Source: Candidatus Paralachnospira sangeri (GTDB lineage: Bacteria; Bacillota; Clostridia; Lachnospirales; Lachnospiraceae). Taken from it: a stretch of 64,000 bases of DNA. The position numbers were made by a program, and so were the translations under genes. The stretch is taken from assembly GCA_904397815.1 (NCBI GenBank), contig CAJFOT010000128.1, positions 6,027 through 70,026 on the forward strand, in the 5' to 3' direction. Below are positions 47,289 through 57,157 of the stretch, in pieces; positions within the stretch are counted from its first letter, which is position 1; each line of letters begins with the position of its first letter. The notes under the pieces were generated by a model. The model searched no databases. It was not told the DNA's origin and saw only the letters and a list, made by a program, of their open reading frames with translations.

Positions 47289-48425
47289 ATGTTTGCGTTC
47301 AAGAATTATAAATTAAGACATTTTAATTTTAAAATGGTTCTTTACATTTTAATCCTGTCGGTTATCGGCATTCTGGTAATCGCCAGCGCTACGATGAATG
47401 ACGGCCCGTCTACTTATTACAGGCAGATTATGGGCGTTTCGGTAGGCTTTATCTGTATGCTGATTATCTCAATGATCGATTATCACTGGGTATTAAGATG
47501 GTACATTTTAATATATCTTGCAATGGCCGGGATGCTGATTGCTGTTCTTTTGTTTGGAACTTCAACGGATACCGGTGTTACACGGTGGCTGGTCCTGCCT
47601 GTCATCGGGCAGATACAGCCGTCAGAATTTGCCAAAATTGCCGTAATTGCTTTTTTCGCCAGGTTTTTTGAAAAATATGAGGACAGAATTAATTCTCCGG
47701 CTGTTGTTTTCGGAAGCGTTGCGCTGCTGGGCATTCCGGCGGTGTTGATTCTGGAACAGCCGAACCTGTCTACCGCGATCGTATTTTTCATTATTTTTCT
47801 TGTCATGATCTATACCGCAAAAATCAGCTACAAATGGGTATTCGGCACAGTGGCTGTGGCGCTGCCGTGTCTGGGGATCTTTTTATTCCTGCTGTCCAAC
47901 GGCTATAATTTATTCCTGCGCAGCTACCAGGCCAACAGAATTCTGGGCTTTTTCGGACTGGCGGCGAATACGGAGGATATCCAGCTGCAGCAGATCAATT
48001 CCCGGATGGCGATCGGTTCCGGTCAGCTGTATGGCAAGGGATTGTTTAACACAACACTGGAATCTGTGAAAAACGGTAATTTTCTGATGGAGGAGGATAC
48101 TGATTTTATTTTTGCTGTAGTAGGAGAGGAGATGGGTTTTATTGGGAGCTGCGTGGTCATCGGGCTGTTTGTCCTGATTATTCTGGAATGTATCTGGCTG
48201 GCAGCCAGAGCCAAGGATATGTCAGGGCGGCTGATCTGTATCGGCATGGCATCGCTCTTGGCCTTTCAGGCCTTTATCAACATTGGTGTGGCATCTTATC
48301 TGCTTCCGAATACGGGACTGCCTCTGCCGTTTATCAGTGCGGGCCTGAGTTCCCTGATCAGTATATTTATGGGGATGGGACTGGTATTGAATGTCGGAAT
48401 GCAGAGAAAGACAGAGTTGCTGTAA
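47289..48425 (+). CDS. rodA: SEDS-family peptidoglycan glycosyltransferase (FtsW/RodA/SpoVE), RodA by context
   Basis: 378 aa with about 10 TM helices, IQPSEFAKIAVIAFFA and DTDFIFAVVGEEMGFIG. Confidence 0.9.
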   Translation: MFAFKNYKLRHFNFKMVLYILILSVIGILVIASATMNDGPSTYYRQIMGVSVGFICMLIISMIDYHWVLRWYILIYLAMAGMLIAVLLFGTSTDTGVTRWLVLPVIGQIQPSEFAKIAVIAFFARFFEKYEDRINSPAVVFGSVALLGIPAVLILEQPNLSTAIVFFIIFLVMIYTAKISYKWVFGTVAVALPCLGIFLFLLSNGYNLFLRSYQANRILGFFGLAANTEDIQLQQINSRMAIGSGQLYGKGLFNTTLESVKNGNFLMEEDTDFIFAVVGEEMGFIGSCVVIGLFVLIILECIWLAARAKDMSGRLICIGMASLLAFQAFINIGVASYLLPNTGLPLPFISAGLSSLISIFMGMGLVLNVGMQRKTELL

Positions 48426-48488
48426 ATGTTTTTATGCAGCTGCAGAAGACAGAGCATAAAACTGTAAAATGAAGAATCGAGGGATACT

Positions 48489-48884
48489 ATGAACATTGGA
48501 CTGATTGCCCACGACGCGAAGAAAAAACTGATGCAGAATTTCTGCATCGCGTATCGGGGAATATTAAGCAAGCACGAATTATACGCCACCGGAACAACGG
48601 GACGGCTGATCGAGGAAGTGACAAATCTGAATGTCCACAAATTCCTGGCGGGTCATCTGGGAGGCCAGCAGCAGCTTTCGGCTCATATTGAGCAGAATCT
48701 GATTGATCTGGTTATTTTTCTGAGGGATCCTTTGTCCCCTAAATCTCATGAGCCGGATGTGAACAGTGTGATGGAAATCTGTGATAAGCACAATATTCCG
48801 CTGGCTACCAATCTGGCTACCGCCGAGCTGCTGATCAAGGCGCTGGAGCGGGGAGATCTGGAATGGCGAGAGACGTTTAAATAA
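48489..48884 (+). CDS. mgsA: Methylglyoxal synthase
   Basis: [15 protein letters not shown]...LYATGTTG...PHEPDV. Confidence 0.93.
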   Translation: MNIGLIAHDAKKKLMQNFCIAYRGILSKHELYATGTTGRLIEEVTNLNVHKFLAGHLGGQQQLSAHIEQNLIDLVIFLRDPLSPKSHEPDVNSVMEICDKHNIPLATNLATAELLIKALERGDLEWRETFK

Positions 48885-48902
48885 ACAGATAGAGGGACTA
48901 TT

Positions 48903-49880
48903 ATGAAAAAATACAGGCTGTGGCTGGCCGCAATTGCGGCAGCTGTCATACTGGGCGGCTGCAGTGACCGCGCTCAGAAGGAAATGTTAAAATCATATGA
49001 GGTTTCCTATGGAATGGATGAAGTATTGTCCAGTCCATCGGGGAACAGCGGGAAGGCAGATTTTTTTGCTGAAAACCTCTGCGTGGTTGAGAGTGAAGAC
49101 GCTTTCACTGATGATCTGATCAATGCCGGCGCTGCCATCATTTTTAACCGTACGGACAGAGAAGTGGTATTCAGCAATGACGCTTATACCCGGCTGTATC
49201 CGGCCAGCATCACGAAACTGATGACCGTTCTGGTGGCACTGGAAAATGGAAATCTGGAGGATACAATACAGATTACGGATGAGATGCTGACAGGACTGGA
49301 GGGAACTTCTCTGGCAGGAATTCAGTCCGGGGAAACCTATACACTGGAACAGCTGCTTTACGGCGCTCTTCTCCCTTCGGGCAATGATGCGGCTACAGCG
49401 ATTGCCTGGCTGGTGGGAGGAGGCAGCGCGGATAATTTTGTATCCATGATGAATGATACTGCTGCCAGTCTCGGCGCTACCGGGACACATTTTATGAACC
49501 CTCATGGATTGTCAGATGACAATCATTATACAACAGCCTATGATATTTATCTGATCATGAACCGTCTGCTGGATTATGAACAGTTTACACAGATTATTTC
49601 CACATCCAGCTATACCGCTGAATATACAGACGCAGATGGCAATCCCGCTGAACGGGTATTTTCCACCACAGTCCGTTATGTCAGCGGCGACACGGAAGCG
49701 CCTGAAGGCGTGACAGTACTGGGCGGCAAAACCGGCACCACCACACCTGCCGGTTCCTGTCTGGCGCTGGTTTCTACAGACGGGGAAGGGGATCAGTATA
49801 TTTCCGTTATTTTAAAGGCAGACAACAGAGCTTCTTTATATGAACAGATGGATGAATTATTAACTAAAATTTTGAAATAA
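48903..49880 (+). CDS. D-alanyl-D-alanine carboxypeptidase (peptidase S11), lipoprotein
   Basis: The lipobox is ILGGC. The motifs are SITK (SxxK), SGN (LLPSGNDAA) and KTGT. Confidence 0.88.
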   Translation: MKKYRLWLAAIAAAVILGGCSDRAQKEMLKSYEVSYGMDEVLSSPSGNSGKADFFAENLCVVESEDAFTDDLINAGAAIIFNRTDREVVFSNDAYTRLYPASITKLMTVLVALENGNLEDTIQITDEMLTGLEGTSLAGIQSGETYTLEQLLYGALLPSGNDAATAIAWLVGGGSADNFVSMMNDTAASLGATGTHFMNPHGLSDDNHYTTAYDIYLIMNRLLDYEQFTQIISTSSYTAEYTDADGNPAERVFSTTVRYVSGDTEAPEGVTVLGGKTGTTTPAGSCLALVSTDGEGDQYISVILKADNRASLYEQMDELLTKILK

Positions 49881-49957
49881 TTCTTGTGTTTTTGTAAGAT
49901 TTGTACTATAATTATTTTAAATATCATATACGTTTCGCACAAAAGGAGGAGAACGCT

Positions 49958-50377
49958 ATGGTCGAAATTATAGCAGGTCAAAAAGGAAAAGGGAAAACAA
50001 AATACCTTTTGGAGAAGGCAAATAATGCTATAAAGGATGCAAAGGGCTCGATCGTATATCTGGATAAGAGCTCAAAGCATATGTATGAATTAAATACCAG
50101 GGTTCGTTTGATCAACGTGGCTGATTTTGGTATCGGGTCTTACGAAGCGTTTATTGGTTTTATCTGTGGAATTATTTCTCAGGATCATGATTTGGAACAG
50201 ATGTATTTGGACAGCTTCTTAAAGTTATCGTGGCTGGAGGGTCAGGATATTGCGGAAGCGATAGATGAATTAGACCGAATTGGAAAGAAATATGAAGTCA
50301 CATTTGTATTAAGTGTTTCCCGGGATGCTGCTGATCTTCCTGAAAATGCGAAAGACAAAATTGTTGTTTCATTGTAA
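49958..50377 (+). CDS. Small (139 aa) P-loop NTPase-like protein of unknown function
   Basis: MVEIIAGQKGKGKTKYLL is Walker A-like, and SIVYLD is a possible Walker B. The RBS AAAGGAGGAG lies upstream. The track start at 49901 lacks an RBS. Confidence 0.65.
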   Translation: MVEIIAGQKGKGKTKYLLEKANNAIKDAKGSIVYLDKSSKHMYELNTRVRLINVADFGIGSYEAFIGFICGIISQDHDLEQMYLDSFLKLSWLEGQDIAEAIDELDRIGKKYEVTFVLSVSRDAADLPENAKDKIVVSL

Positions 50378-50413
50378 TGGGATATATGCGAGATTGCGCT
50401 ACATATGAAAAAG

Positions 50414-50441
50414 AGAAAAAGCTCCGTAACGGAGCTTTTTC
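50414..50441. terminator. Bidirectional Rho-independent terminator
   Basis: AAAAA gctccg taa cggagc TTTTT. It lies between the convergent P-loop and DUF378 genes. Confidence 0.8.
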
Positions 50442-50455
50442 CATTGGGTGTTTTG

Positions 50456-50668
50456 TCACACCTTGTCCGCAGATTCGATTCTTCCGTAGGTACTGATCAG
50501 ATACAATCCGGCGATTCCTACCAGACCGTATACGATTCTGGACAACAGCGACATATCACCGAAAAGGAAGGCCACCAGATCAAAACGGAAGAAACCGATC
50601 AGTCCCCAGTTAATCGCACCGATAATGGCGATGGTTAATATTGTATAATCAATTCCTTTTGTGTTCAT
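50456..50668 (-). CDS. DUF378-family small membrane protein
   Basis: 70 aa. ILTIAIIGAINWGLIGFFRFDLVAFLFG...IVYGLVGIAGLY is typical of DUF378. Confidence 0.8.
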   Translation of the reverse strand: MNTKGIDYTILTIAIIGAINWGLIGFFRFDLVAFLFGDMSLLSRIVYGLVGIAGLYLISTYGRIESADKV

Positions 50669-50772
50669 TTGATTACCTCCATTCTTTAATCAGGATATCC
50701 ATTTTGACAAAAAATATGTATTGCGCATTCCGCATTCTTTTTTTATAATAAAAGGGTTGGAAGGGAGACTGA

Positions 50773-52167
50773 ATGGCTAAGAAAAATAAGAAGATAATCC
50801 GCTTAAGAACATATAAATTTATTAATATCGGAACGATTATTTTTGCGTTCATCCTTCTTTACCTGATCATCAGTGTGGTGATGTATCTGTCCAAGGAACG
50901 CATTCAGATCTACACAGTCAGCGAGGGGAGTCTGGCGGTGAATTCTGACTATACCGGCATTATTTTGAGGGATGAAACAGTTTATAATACAGAGTACAAC
51001 GGTACTGTGTATTATTATATGCAGGAGGGTCAGAAAACCGGCGTGGGCGATCTGGTCTATTCGATTGATGAAACCGGGCAGATGGCTGAGCTGCTGGCCC
51101 AGCAGAGCGCAGACGGAAATCAGCTGTCGGAGGAAAATCTGACGTACCTGAAGCGGATGCTGGCGAACTTCAGCACCAGTTATGATCAGGTGAATTTTTC
51201 AGATATTTATGAAGTAAAATATTCGATTCAGGCAGCTCTTCTGGAATACGCCAGCATGGACGCCATGACGGAGCTGAACCAGGCTCTGACGGAAATGGAT
51301 GCCCAGTTTCAAATGTATTATGCGCCTTCCAGCGGTGTGGTTGCTTATTATTCGGATGGCTTCGAAGGGGTATCAGCAGAACAGTTGACCATGGATTCTT
51401 TTAATAAAGACAACTACGAAAAACAATATTTTCAGGCCGGTGCTATGGTAGAGGCCGGTACAGCAGTGTATAAAACAGTAAACAGTGATCAGTGGTCTGT
51501 AATCATACCGATTACAGAAGAAGATCTGACGGAACTGGCTGACCGGGATACAGTACGTGTCAAATTTAAATTAAATCAGTTTGAAACCACGGCTGATTAT
51601 TCTACTTTTGTGACCAATGACGGCACTACATTGGCACGTCTGTCTTTTGACAACTATATGGCTCAGTTTTTGTCAGAACGTTTTGTGGACATTGAATTGG
51701 ACAAGAATCAGGCGGAAGGGTTAAAGATTCCGGTCACATCTCTGACAACGAAGGATTTTTATAAAATCCCTGTTGATTTTCTGACGAAAGGCGGCGAAAG
51801 CAGTGAGAACGGCTTTAATGTGGAGACTGTAGGAGAGGACGGAGAAGTAACTTCCCGTTTTGTGGCAGCAACAATTTATTATTCTACTGATGAGTATTAC
51901 TATATCGATACAGGGCTGGAAGATATTCCTTCTGGTTCTTACCTGCTGAAACCGGACAGCAGTGACCGGTATATGGTGGGGGAGACAGAACCTCTGACAG
52001 GTGTTTATAATGTAAACAGCGGCTATGCGATCTTCCGGCGGGTTGATATCCTGGAGCAGAATGAAGAATACTGCATCGTCAGCGACAGCACGCCGTATGG
52101 CTTATCTGTATATGATCATATTGTGCTGGATGCATCCACTGTGAATGAGGATGATATTATTTATTAA
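50773..52167 (+). CDS. Membrane-anchored protein, possibly HlyD/adaptor-like; function unknown
   Basis: 464 aa with an N-terminal TM helix (FINIGTIIFAFILLYLIISVVMYL) followed by a beta-rich ectodomain. The coding call is solid but the family assignment is uncertain. Confidence 0.6.
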   Translation: MAKKNKKIIRLRTYKFINIGTIIFAFILLYLIISVVMYLSKERIQIYTVSEGSLAVNSDYTGIILRDETVYNTEYNGTVYYYMQEGQKTGVGDLVYSIDETGQMAELLAQQSADGNQLSEENLTYLKRMLANFSTSYDQVNFSDIYEVKYSIQAALLEYASMDAMTELNQALTEMDAQFQMYYAPSSGVVAYYSDGFEGVSAEQLTMDSFNKDNYEKQYFQAGAMVEAGTAVYKTVNSDQWSVIIPITEEDLTELADRDTVRVKFKLNQFETTADYSTFVTNDGTTLARLSFDNYMAQFLSERFVDIELDKNQAEGLKIPVTSLTTKDFYKIPVDFLTKGGESSENGFNVETVGEDGEVTSRFVAATIYYSTDEYYYIDTGLEDIPSGSYLLKPDSSDRYMVGETEPLTGVYNVNSGYAIFRRVDILEQNEEYCIVSDSTPYGLSVYDHIVLDASTVNEDDIIY

Positions 52168-52330
52168 AATACCCGAAATTGATTATTTTCCGGCGATGAT
52201 TGATTATGAAGGCGAAATGTGGTATCATTGATGTAAATGTTTGGAGCCCTGACAGAGGTGCCTGACATATCGTACATAGGGAAAAAGGATTATAATCTTG
52301 CAATATATTTAGAAATGGAGCGGTAGTGCA

Positions 52331-52855
52331 ATGGCTGGTTTTATTGAAAAATTTTTGGATATGGTAAAATTGTCAGACCGTTATGACGAGGATGAATTTG
52401 ATGAGTTTGGCGACGAGGATCTGGACTATGAGCCAAAGGAGGAAAAACGCAGCAAACGGTCTAAGAAGGAAAAAGAGTTTCAGGATATCGATCTGAGAGA
52501 TATGTCAGATGCAAAGCCATCCCGAAAGAGCAATGTGGTTCCGCTGACCCGGAGCAGCAATGGACGGGGAATGGAGGTATGTGTGATCAAGCCTGCTTCT
52601 ATGGAAGATTCCAAGGAGATCGTAGATACATTGCTGAAGGGAAGGGCAGTGGTCATCAATCTGGAAGGCATTCATATTGAAACCGGACAGCGGATCATAG
52701 ATTTTACCTTCGGCGCCTGTTATTCCATTAACGGGAACCTGAACAAGGTGACAGAATATATCTTTATTGTAACGCCCAGCAACATAGAACTGTCAGGTGA
52801 CCTGCTGGATGCGCTGTCAGGAGAAAATTTTGACTCCACTACCTTTAAGCTGTAA
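52331..52855 (+). CDS. sepF: Cell division protein SepF
   Basis: The C-terminal SepF core is MEVCVIKPASMEDSKEIVDTLLKGRAVVINLEG...IDFTFGACYSINGNL. Confidence 0.9.
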   Translation: MAGFIEKFLDMVKLSDRYDEDEFDEFGDEDLDYEPKEEKRSKRSKKEKEFQDIDLRDMSDAKPSRKSNVVPLTRSSNGRGMEVCVIKPASMEDSKEIVDTLLKGRAVVINLEGIHIETGQRIIDFTFGACYSINGNLNKVTEYIFIVTPSNIELSGDLLDALSGENFDSTTFKL

Positions 52856-52867
52856 GAGGGAGACAGT

Positions 52868-53623
52868 ATGAGTCAGGATGAGCAGTTACTCGGGAGACGT
52901 CTTGTGGAACTGGCAAACCAGTGCTACCGCAGGGACATCCCTGTATTCAGTCATTTTTTAAATTTGAGTGAGCAGACAGTTTTCCATTCACTGCGGTCAG
53001 AGCTGCCGCCGGTCAGCACAAAGCTGGAAGGAGGATATGAAACCGCGGAACGGAAGATTGTTTGCTTTCTTCCTGTCAGGGAGGAATATCCGGCAGCAGC
53101 ACCTATTTCCGCGGTGCTGATCCGGCCGAAAGCCCCCAAATATGCTGTTCCCTGTTCCCACCGGGATTATCTGGGCGCGGTGCTGAATCTGGGGATCGAC
53201 CGGAATCAGACAGGAGACATTCTGGTCTCCGGTCAGGATGCCTGGCTGCTGTGCAGAGAGCAGATCGCTCCTTTTATCGCAGAGCAGCTGACCAGTGTCA
53301 GGCATAACGCGGTGACCTGCCAGATCACCGCCCCGGAGGAAATTGCGTACACGCCCAGGTACCGGGAGGTCACCGGCAGCATCGCTTCCGTCAGGCTGGA
53401 CAGCCTGGTGGGACTGGCTTTCGGCCTGTCCCGGGCGAAAGCCTCGGAGTGTGTCAAAGGCGAGCGGGTATTTGTTAATGGAAGGATGGTTATCTCTTCC
53501 TCTTTCACCCCTGAGGAGGGGGCGCTGATTTCCGTCAGGCAGCTGGGAAAATTCCGGTATGAAGGATTTATGACAAAGACGAAAAAGGGACGGGATATGG
53601 TCTGTCTGGAAATATTTGAATGA
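52868..53623 (+). CDS. ylmH: YlmH-family RNA-binding protein (S4 domain)
   Basis: 251 aa. SHFLNLSEQ..., with the C-terminal S4 domain VRLDSLVGLAFGLSRAKASECVKGERVFVNGRMV. It follows sepF. Confidence 0.85.
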   Translation: MSQDEQLLGRRLVELANQCYRRDIPVFSHFLNLSEQTVFHSLRSELPPVSTKLEGGYETAERKIVCFLPVREEYPAAAPISAVLIRPKAPKYAVPCSHRDYLGAVLNLGIDRNQTGDILVSGQDAWLLCREQIAPFIAEQLTSVRHNAVTCQITAPEEIAYTPRYREVTGSIASVRLDSLVGLAFGLSRAKASECVKGERVFVNGRMVISSSFTPEEGALISVRQLGKFRYEGFMTKTKKGRDMVCLEIFE

Positions 53624-53637
53624 GAGGAGAAATATAT

Positions 53638-54729
53638 ATGACTGACAGAATTACAGTGCATAATCAGGGAAATCCGATTTATGATATTGTATTTCAGCGG
53701 GATTTCAGCGAAATAGCGGAGGAGCTCAGAACAATGGGGCTGGAGCAGCGGAAGATCTGCGTGGTCACGGACAGTACAGTGGCTTCTTACTATTTGGAGG
53801 AAGTACAGTCAGCAGTGAGCGGATGTGCCGCGGCCTGTACTTCCTTTGTGTTTCCCGCCGGGGAGGAAAATAAAAATCTGGATGTGGTGCGGAAACTGTA
53901 TGAGCATCTGATTCTTCACCATTTTGAGCGGAAGGATCTGCTGATTGCTCTGGGTGGAGGTGTGACAGGAGATCTGGCAGGGTTTGCCGCGGCCACTTAT
54001 CTGAGAGGCATTGATTTTATCCAGGTGCCCACTACCCTGCTGTCCCAGGTGGACAGCAGTATCGGCGGGAAGACAGGAGTGGACTTTGATTCCTATAAAA
54101 ACATGGTGGGGGCTTTTTATATGCCCCGCCTGGTATATATCAACCTGTCCGCCCTGAAAACCCTGACAGAACGGCAGTATCTGGAAGGAATGGGGGAGAT
54201 CATCAAGCATGGCCTGATTAAGGACAGAGACTATTTCTTCTGGCTGAAGGAGCACATGGCAGAGATCAGGAGCCGTGACCTGGAAGTATGTCGGCAAATG
54301 ATCCGCCGCAGTTGTGAGATCAAACGGGATGTGGTGGAACAGGATCCGAGGGAGCAGGGGGAGCGGGCGCTGCTGAATTTTGGTCATACCCTGGGGCATG
54401 CGGTGGAGAAAGAGCAGGGGTTTGCCCTCCTTCACGGAGAGTGTGTGGCCCTGGGCGCCATCGCCGCCGCATATATTTCCATGAAGCGGGGCGGGATCTC
54501 CCGGACGGATTATGAGGAGATCATTGGGGTAACCGGCGCTGCCGGACTGCCTGTCTCCCTGTCCGGCGCTGACACGGAGCGGATTCTGGAGGCAGTCAGA
54601 CATGACAAAAAGATGGAGGCCGGCGTCATTAAATTTATTCTGCTGCGGCAGATCGGGGAAGCCTGTATCAGCCGGGATGTCAGCCAAGAAGAAATGGCCG
54701 GAGCCCTGGGAGAAATCTTGAAAAAATGA
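53638..54729 (+). CDS. aroB: 3-dehydroquinate synthase
   Basis: GGGVTGDLAGFAAATYLRGIDFIQVPTTLLSQVDSSIGGKTGV and NFGHTLGHAVE. I chose the ATG at 53638 (GAGGAG upstream). Confidence 0.93.
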   Translation: MTDRITVHNQGNPIYDIVFQRDFSEIAEELRTMGLEQRKICVVTDSTVASYYLEEVQSAVSGCAAACTSFVFPAGEENKNLDVVRKLYEHLILHHFERKDLLIALGGGVTGDLAGFAAATYLRGIDFIQVPTTLLSQVDSSIGGKTGVDFDSYKNMVGAFYMPRLVYINLSALKTLTERQYLEGMGEIIKHGLIKDRDYFFWLKEHMAEIRSRDLEVCRQMIRRSCEIKRDVVEQDPREQGERALLNFGHTLGHAVEKEQGFALLHGECVALGAIAAAYISMKRGGISRTDYEEIIGVTGAAGLPVSLSGADTERILEAVRHDKKMEAGVIKFILLRQIGEACISRDVSQEEMAGALGEILKK

Positions 54730-54744
54730 TAGAGCGGAGGAACT

Positions 54745-55278
54745 ATGAGACAAAAAAGAATCAAATCATTTCTGATCTTTGCCGCGGCGGCTATTCTGCT
54801 GATTATCCTGGATCAGTGGACCAAGTCGCTGGCAGAAATCAGTTTAAAGGGTCTGTCATCGTCGGTGCCGGTAATTCCAGGCATCTTTGAACTGGTGTAC
54901 GTGGAGAATCGCGGGGCAGCTTTCGGAATTCTGCAGAACCAGATGCTGATTTTCTATATCGTGACGCCTCTGGTTCTTCTGGCTGTCCTTTATGTATATC
55001 TGCGGACGCCGCTGACCCGGCGCTTTCTGCCGCTGCGGGTGATCTGTATCCTGCTTTTTGCGGGTGCGGTGGGGAACCTGATTGACAGGATGGTTCAGGG
55101 TTATGTGATCGACTTTTTCTACTTCGTCCCCATTAATTTTCCTGTCTTTAATGTGGCGGACTGTTATGTCACGGTAGCGACTGTCCTGCTGTTTATTTTT
55201 CTGCTGTTTGTGTATAAAGAAAAGGATCTGGAGTTTTTGTTTTTCAGACGGAGGGGAGAAGGGGCTGAGACTGATTGA
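54745..55278 (+). CDS. lspA: Lipoprotein signal peptidase (signal peptidase II)
   Basis: VENRGAAFG, GNLIDR and FNVADCYVTVA. Confidence 0.93.
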   Translation: MRQKRIKSFLIFAAAAILLIILDQWTKSLAEISLKGLSSSVPVIPGIFELVYVENRGAAFGILQNQMLIFYIVTPLVLLAVLYVYLRTPLTRRFLPLRVICILLFAGAVGNLIDRMVQGYVIDFFYFVPINFPVFNVADCYVTVATVLLFIFLLFVYKEKDLEFLFFRRRGEGAETD

Positions 55279-56201
55279 AGCAGCTGTATTTCAAGGTAGA
55301 GGATGCTTATGAAAAAGAACGGCTGGACAAATATCTGGCGGAGCAATGCGCTGATATGTCCAGGTCTTATATCCAGAAACTGCTGAAAGAGGGGCATGTT
55401 CTGGTTAATGGGACAGCGGGGAAGAGCAGCACCCGTCTGACTGCCTCAGATGAAATCTCTTTTGATGTGCCGGACGCGGCAGTGCCGGAGATTCTGCCGG
55501 AGGATATTCCCCTGGATATTGTTTATGAGGATCAGGATGTGATCCTGGTCAATAAACCCAAGGGGATGGTGGTCCATCCTGCTGCCGGCCATTACTCCGG
55601 CACACTGGTTAACGGTCTGATGTATCACTGTGCCGGCAGCCTGTCGGGCATCAACGGTGTGATGCGGCCCGGCATTGTCCACCGGATCGACAAGGATACT
55701 TCGGGGCTTCTGATCGCCTGCAAAAACGACGGGGCTCACCAGGCAATCGCGGCCCAGCTGAAAGAGCACTCTGTCACCCGCCGGTATCTGGCCATTGTCC
55801 ACGGACAGATGAAAGAGGAGCAGGGGGTGATTCACGCGCCTGTGGGCCGCAATCCCCGGGACCGGATGAAGATGGCCGTGGTGGCCTCCGGCGGAAAAGA
55901 CGCGGTCACCCATTACCAGGTGGTAAAGCAGTGGGAGAAGTACGCTCTGGTGCAGTGCCGGCTGGAGACCGGGCGCACCCATCAGATTCGTGTTCATATG
56001 GCTCACTGCCGCCATCCGCTGGCGGGAGATTACGTCTACGGGCCGGATCCGTGTCCGGTAAAATTGATGGGAGTTACCTGGGAGGGGCAGGCCCTTCATG
56101 CCGGCGTGTTCGGATTTGTCCATCCCACAACCAGCCGGTATATGGAGTTTCAGGCGCCGCCGCCGGATTATTTTGCAGCGCTGATGGAACGGATGAAGTA
56201 A
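55275..56201 (+). CDS. rluD: RluA/RluD-family 23S rRNA pseudouridine synthase
   Basis: A TTG start that overlaps the lspA stop. It has an S4 domain (RLDKYLAE) and the catalytic HRIDKDTSGLL. Confidence 0.9.
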   Translation: MKQLYFKVEDAYEKERLDKYLAEQCADMSRSYIQKLLKEGHVLVNGTAGKSSTRLTASDEISFDVPDAAVPEILPEDIPLDIVYEDQDVILVNKPKGMVVHPAAGHYSGTLVNGLMYHCAGSLSGINGVMRPGIVHRIDKDTSGLLIACKNDGAHQAIAAQLKEHSVTRRYLAIVHGQMKEEQGVIHAPVGRNPRDRMKMAVVASGGKDAVTHYQVVKQWEKYALVQCRLETGRTHQIRVHMAHCRHPLAGDYVYGPDPCPVKLMGVTWEGQALHAGVFGFVHPTTSRYMEFQAPPPDYFAALMERMK

Positions 56202-56348
56202 TAGAATCGATTTTTTCATACTTCCGCAACGAAAATAAGGAAATCAGCATAAAATGATAGGAATCCCAGATGAAATGTGCTATAATTTAGTTATCAGAAG
56301 AGCGAATGTCTGAATCTTATATTGGGGATGTTGTGAGGAGGGATCTAT

Positions 56349-56981
56349 ATGAGTAAAAAGATTATTATTACAATCGGCCGGGAATGCGGCAGCGGCGGAA
56401 AGCATGTGGGAGAATTAATTTCTCAGAAGCTGAATATTCCGTTCTATGATAAAGAACTGCTGGCTGTGGCTGCAAAAAACAGCGGGCTGTGCGAGGAGAT
56501 TTTTGAGTTCCACGATGAAAAGCCCACAGGCTCCTTCCTGTATTCACTGGTTTCTGATACCTATTCCATGGGCTATAACCATTCCGGCTATATAGATATG
56601 CCGCTGAACCAGAAGGTCTTTCTGGCCCAGTTTGAGGCAATCCAGAAGATTGCGGATGAAGGCTCCTGCGTCATCGTGGGCCGGTGCGCGGATTATGCCC
56701 TGGCGGATTATAAAGAGATGACCTCCGTCTTTCTCCATGGCAACCTGGAAGATAAGGTGAAATATACGATGGAATACTATCATCTCCCTGAAAACAAGGC
56801 GAAGGAATTTATGGTAAAGACGGATAAGAAGCGTTCCAGCTATTACAATTATTATTCTGACAAACGGTGGGGAAGCCTGAAGAGTTATGATCTCTGCCTG
56901 AACAGCAGCATCCTGGGACACGAGGGAACAGCGGATTTTATCATTGAGTTTGTCAAGAGACGGTATCAGCTGGATATTTAA
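56349..56981 (+). CDS. Cytidylate kinase-like family protein
   Basis: MSKKIIITIGRECGSGGKHVGELISQKLNIPFYDKELL is the typical N-terminus of this family. Confidence 0.8.
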   Translation: MSKKIIITIGRECGSGGKHVGELISQKLNIPFYDKELLAVAAKNSGLCEEIFEFHDEKPTGSFLYSLVSDTYSMGYNHSGYIDMPLNQKVFLAQFEAIQKIADEGSCVIVGRCADYALADYKEMTSVFLHGNLEDKVKYTMEYYHLPENKAKEFMVKTDKKRSSYYNYYSDKRWGSLKSYDLCLNSSILGHEGTADFIIEFVKRRYQLDI

Positions 56982-57023
56982 GATGGAAAATATCTGATTA
57001 TATAACAGTTAAAACCTGACAGC

Positions 57024-57075
57024 AAAGGCGCTGAAACGGGCTGGATTGAGCGCATCCTCCCCATTCAGCGCCTTT
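57024..57075 (+). terminator. Long-loop hairpin after the cytidylate-kinase-like gene
   Basis: aaaggcgctgaa (57024-57035) and ttcagcgccttt (57064-57075) form a 12-bp stem with a 28-nt loop, followed by a T-rich stretch. Confidence 0.45.
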
Positions 57076-57157
57076 ATTGCGTCTTTTAAAAGAATGCCAT
57101 CATTTACCTGCGTAAGGAGCAGACAAAAAGCAGGCGTAAAAAGGAGGATATCAGTTC

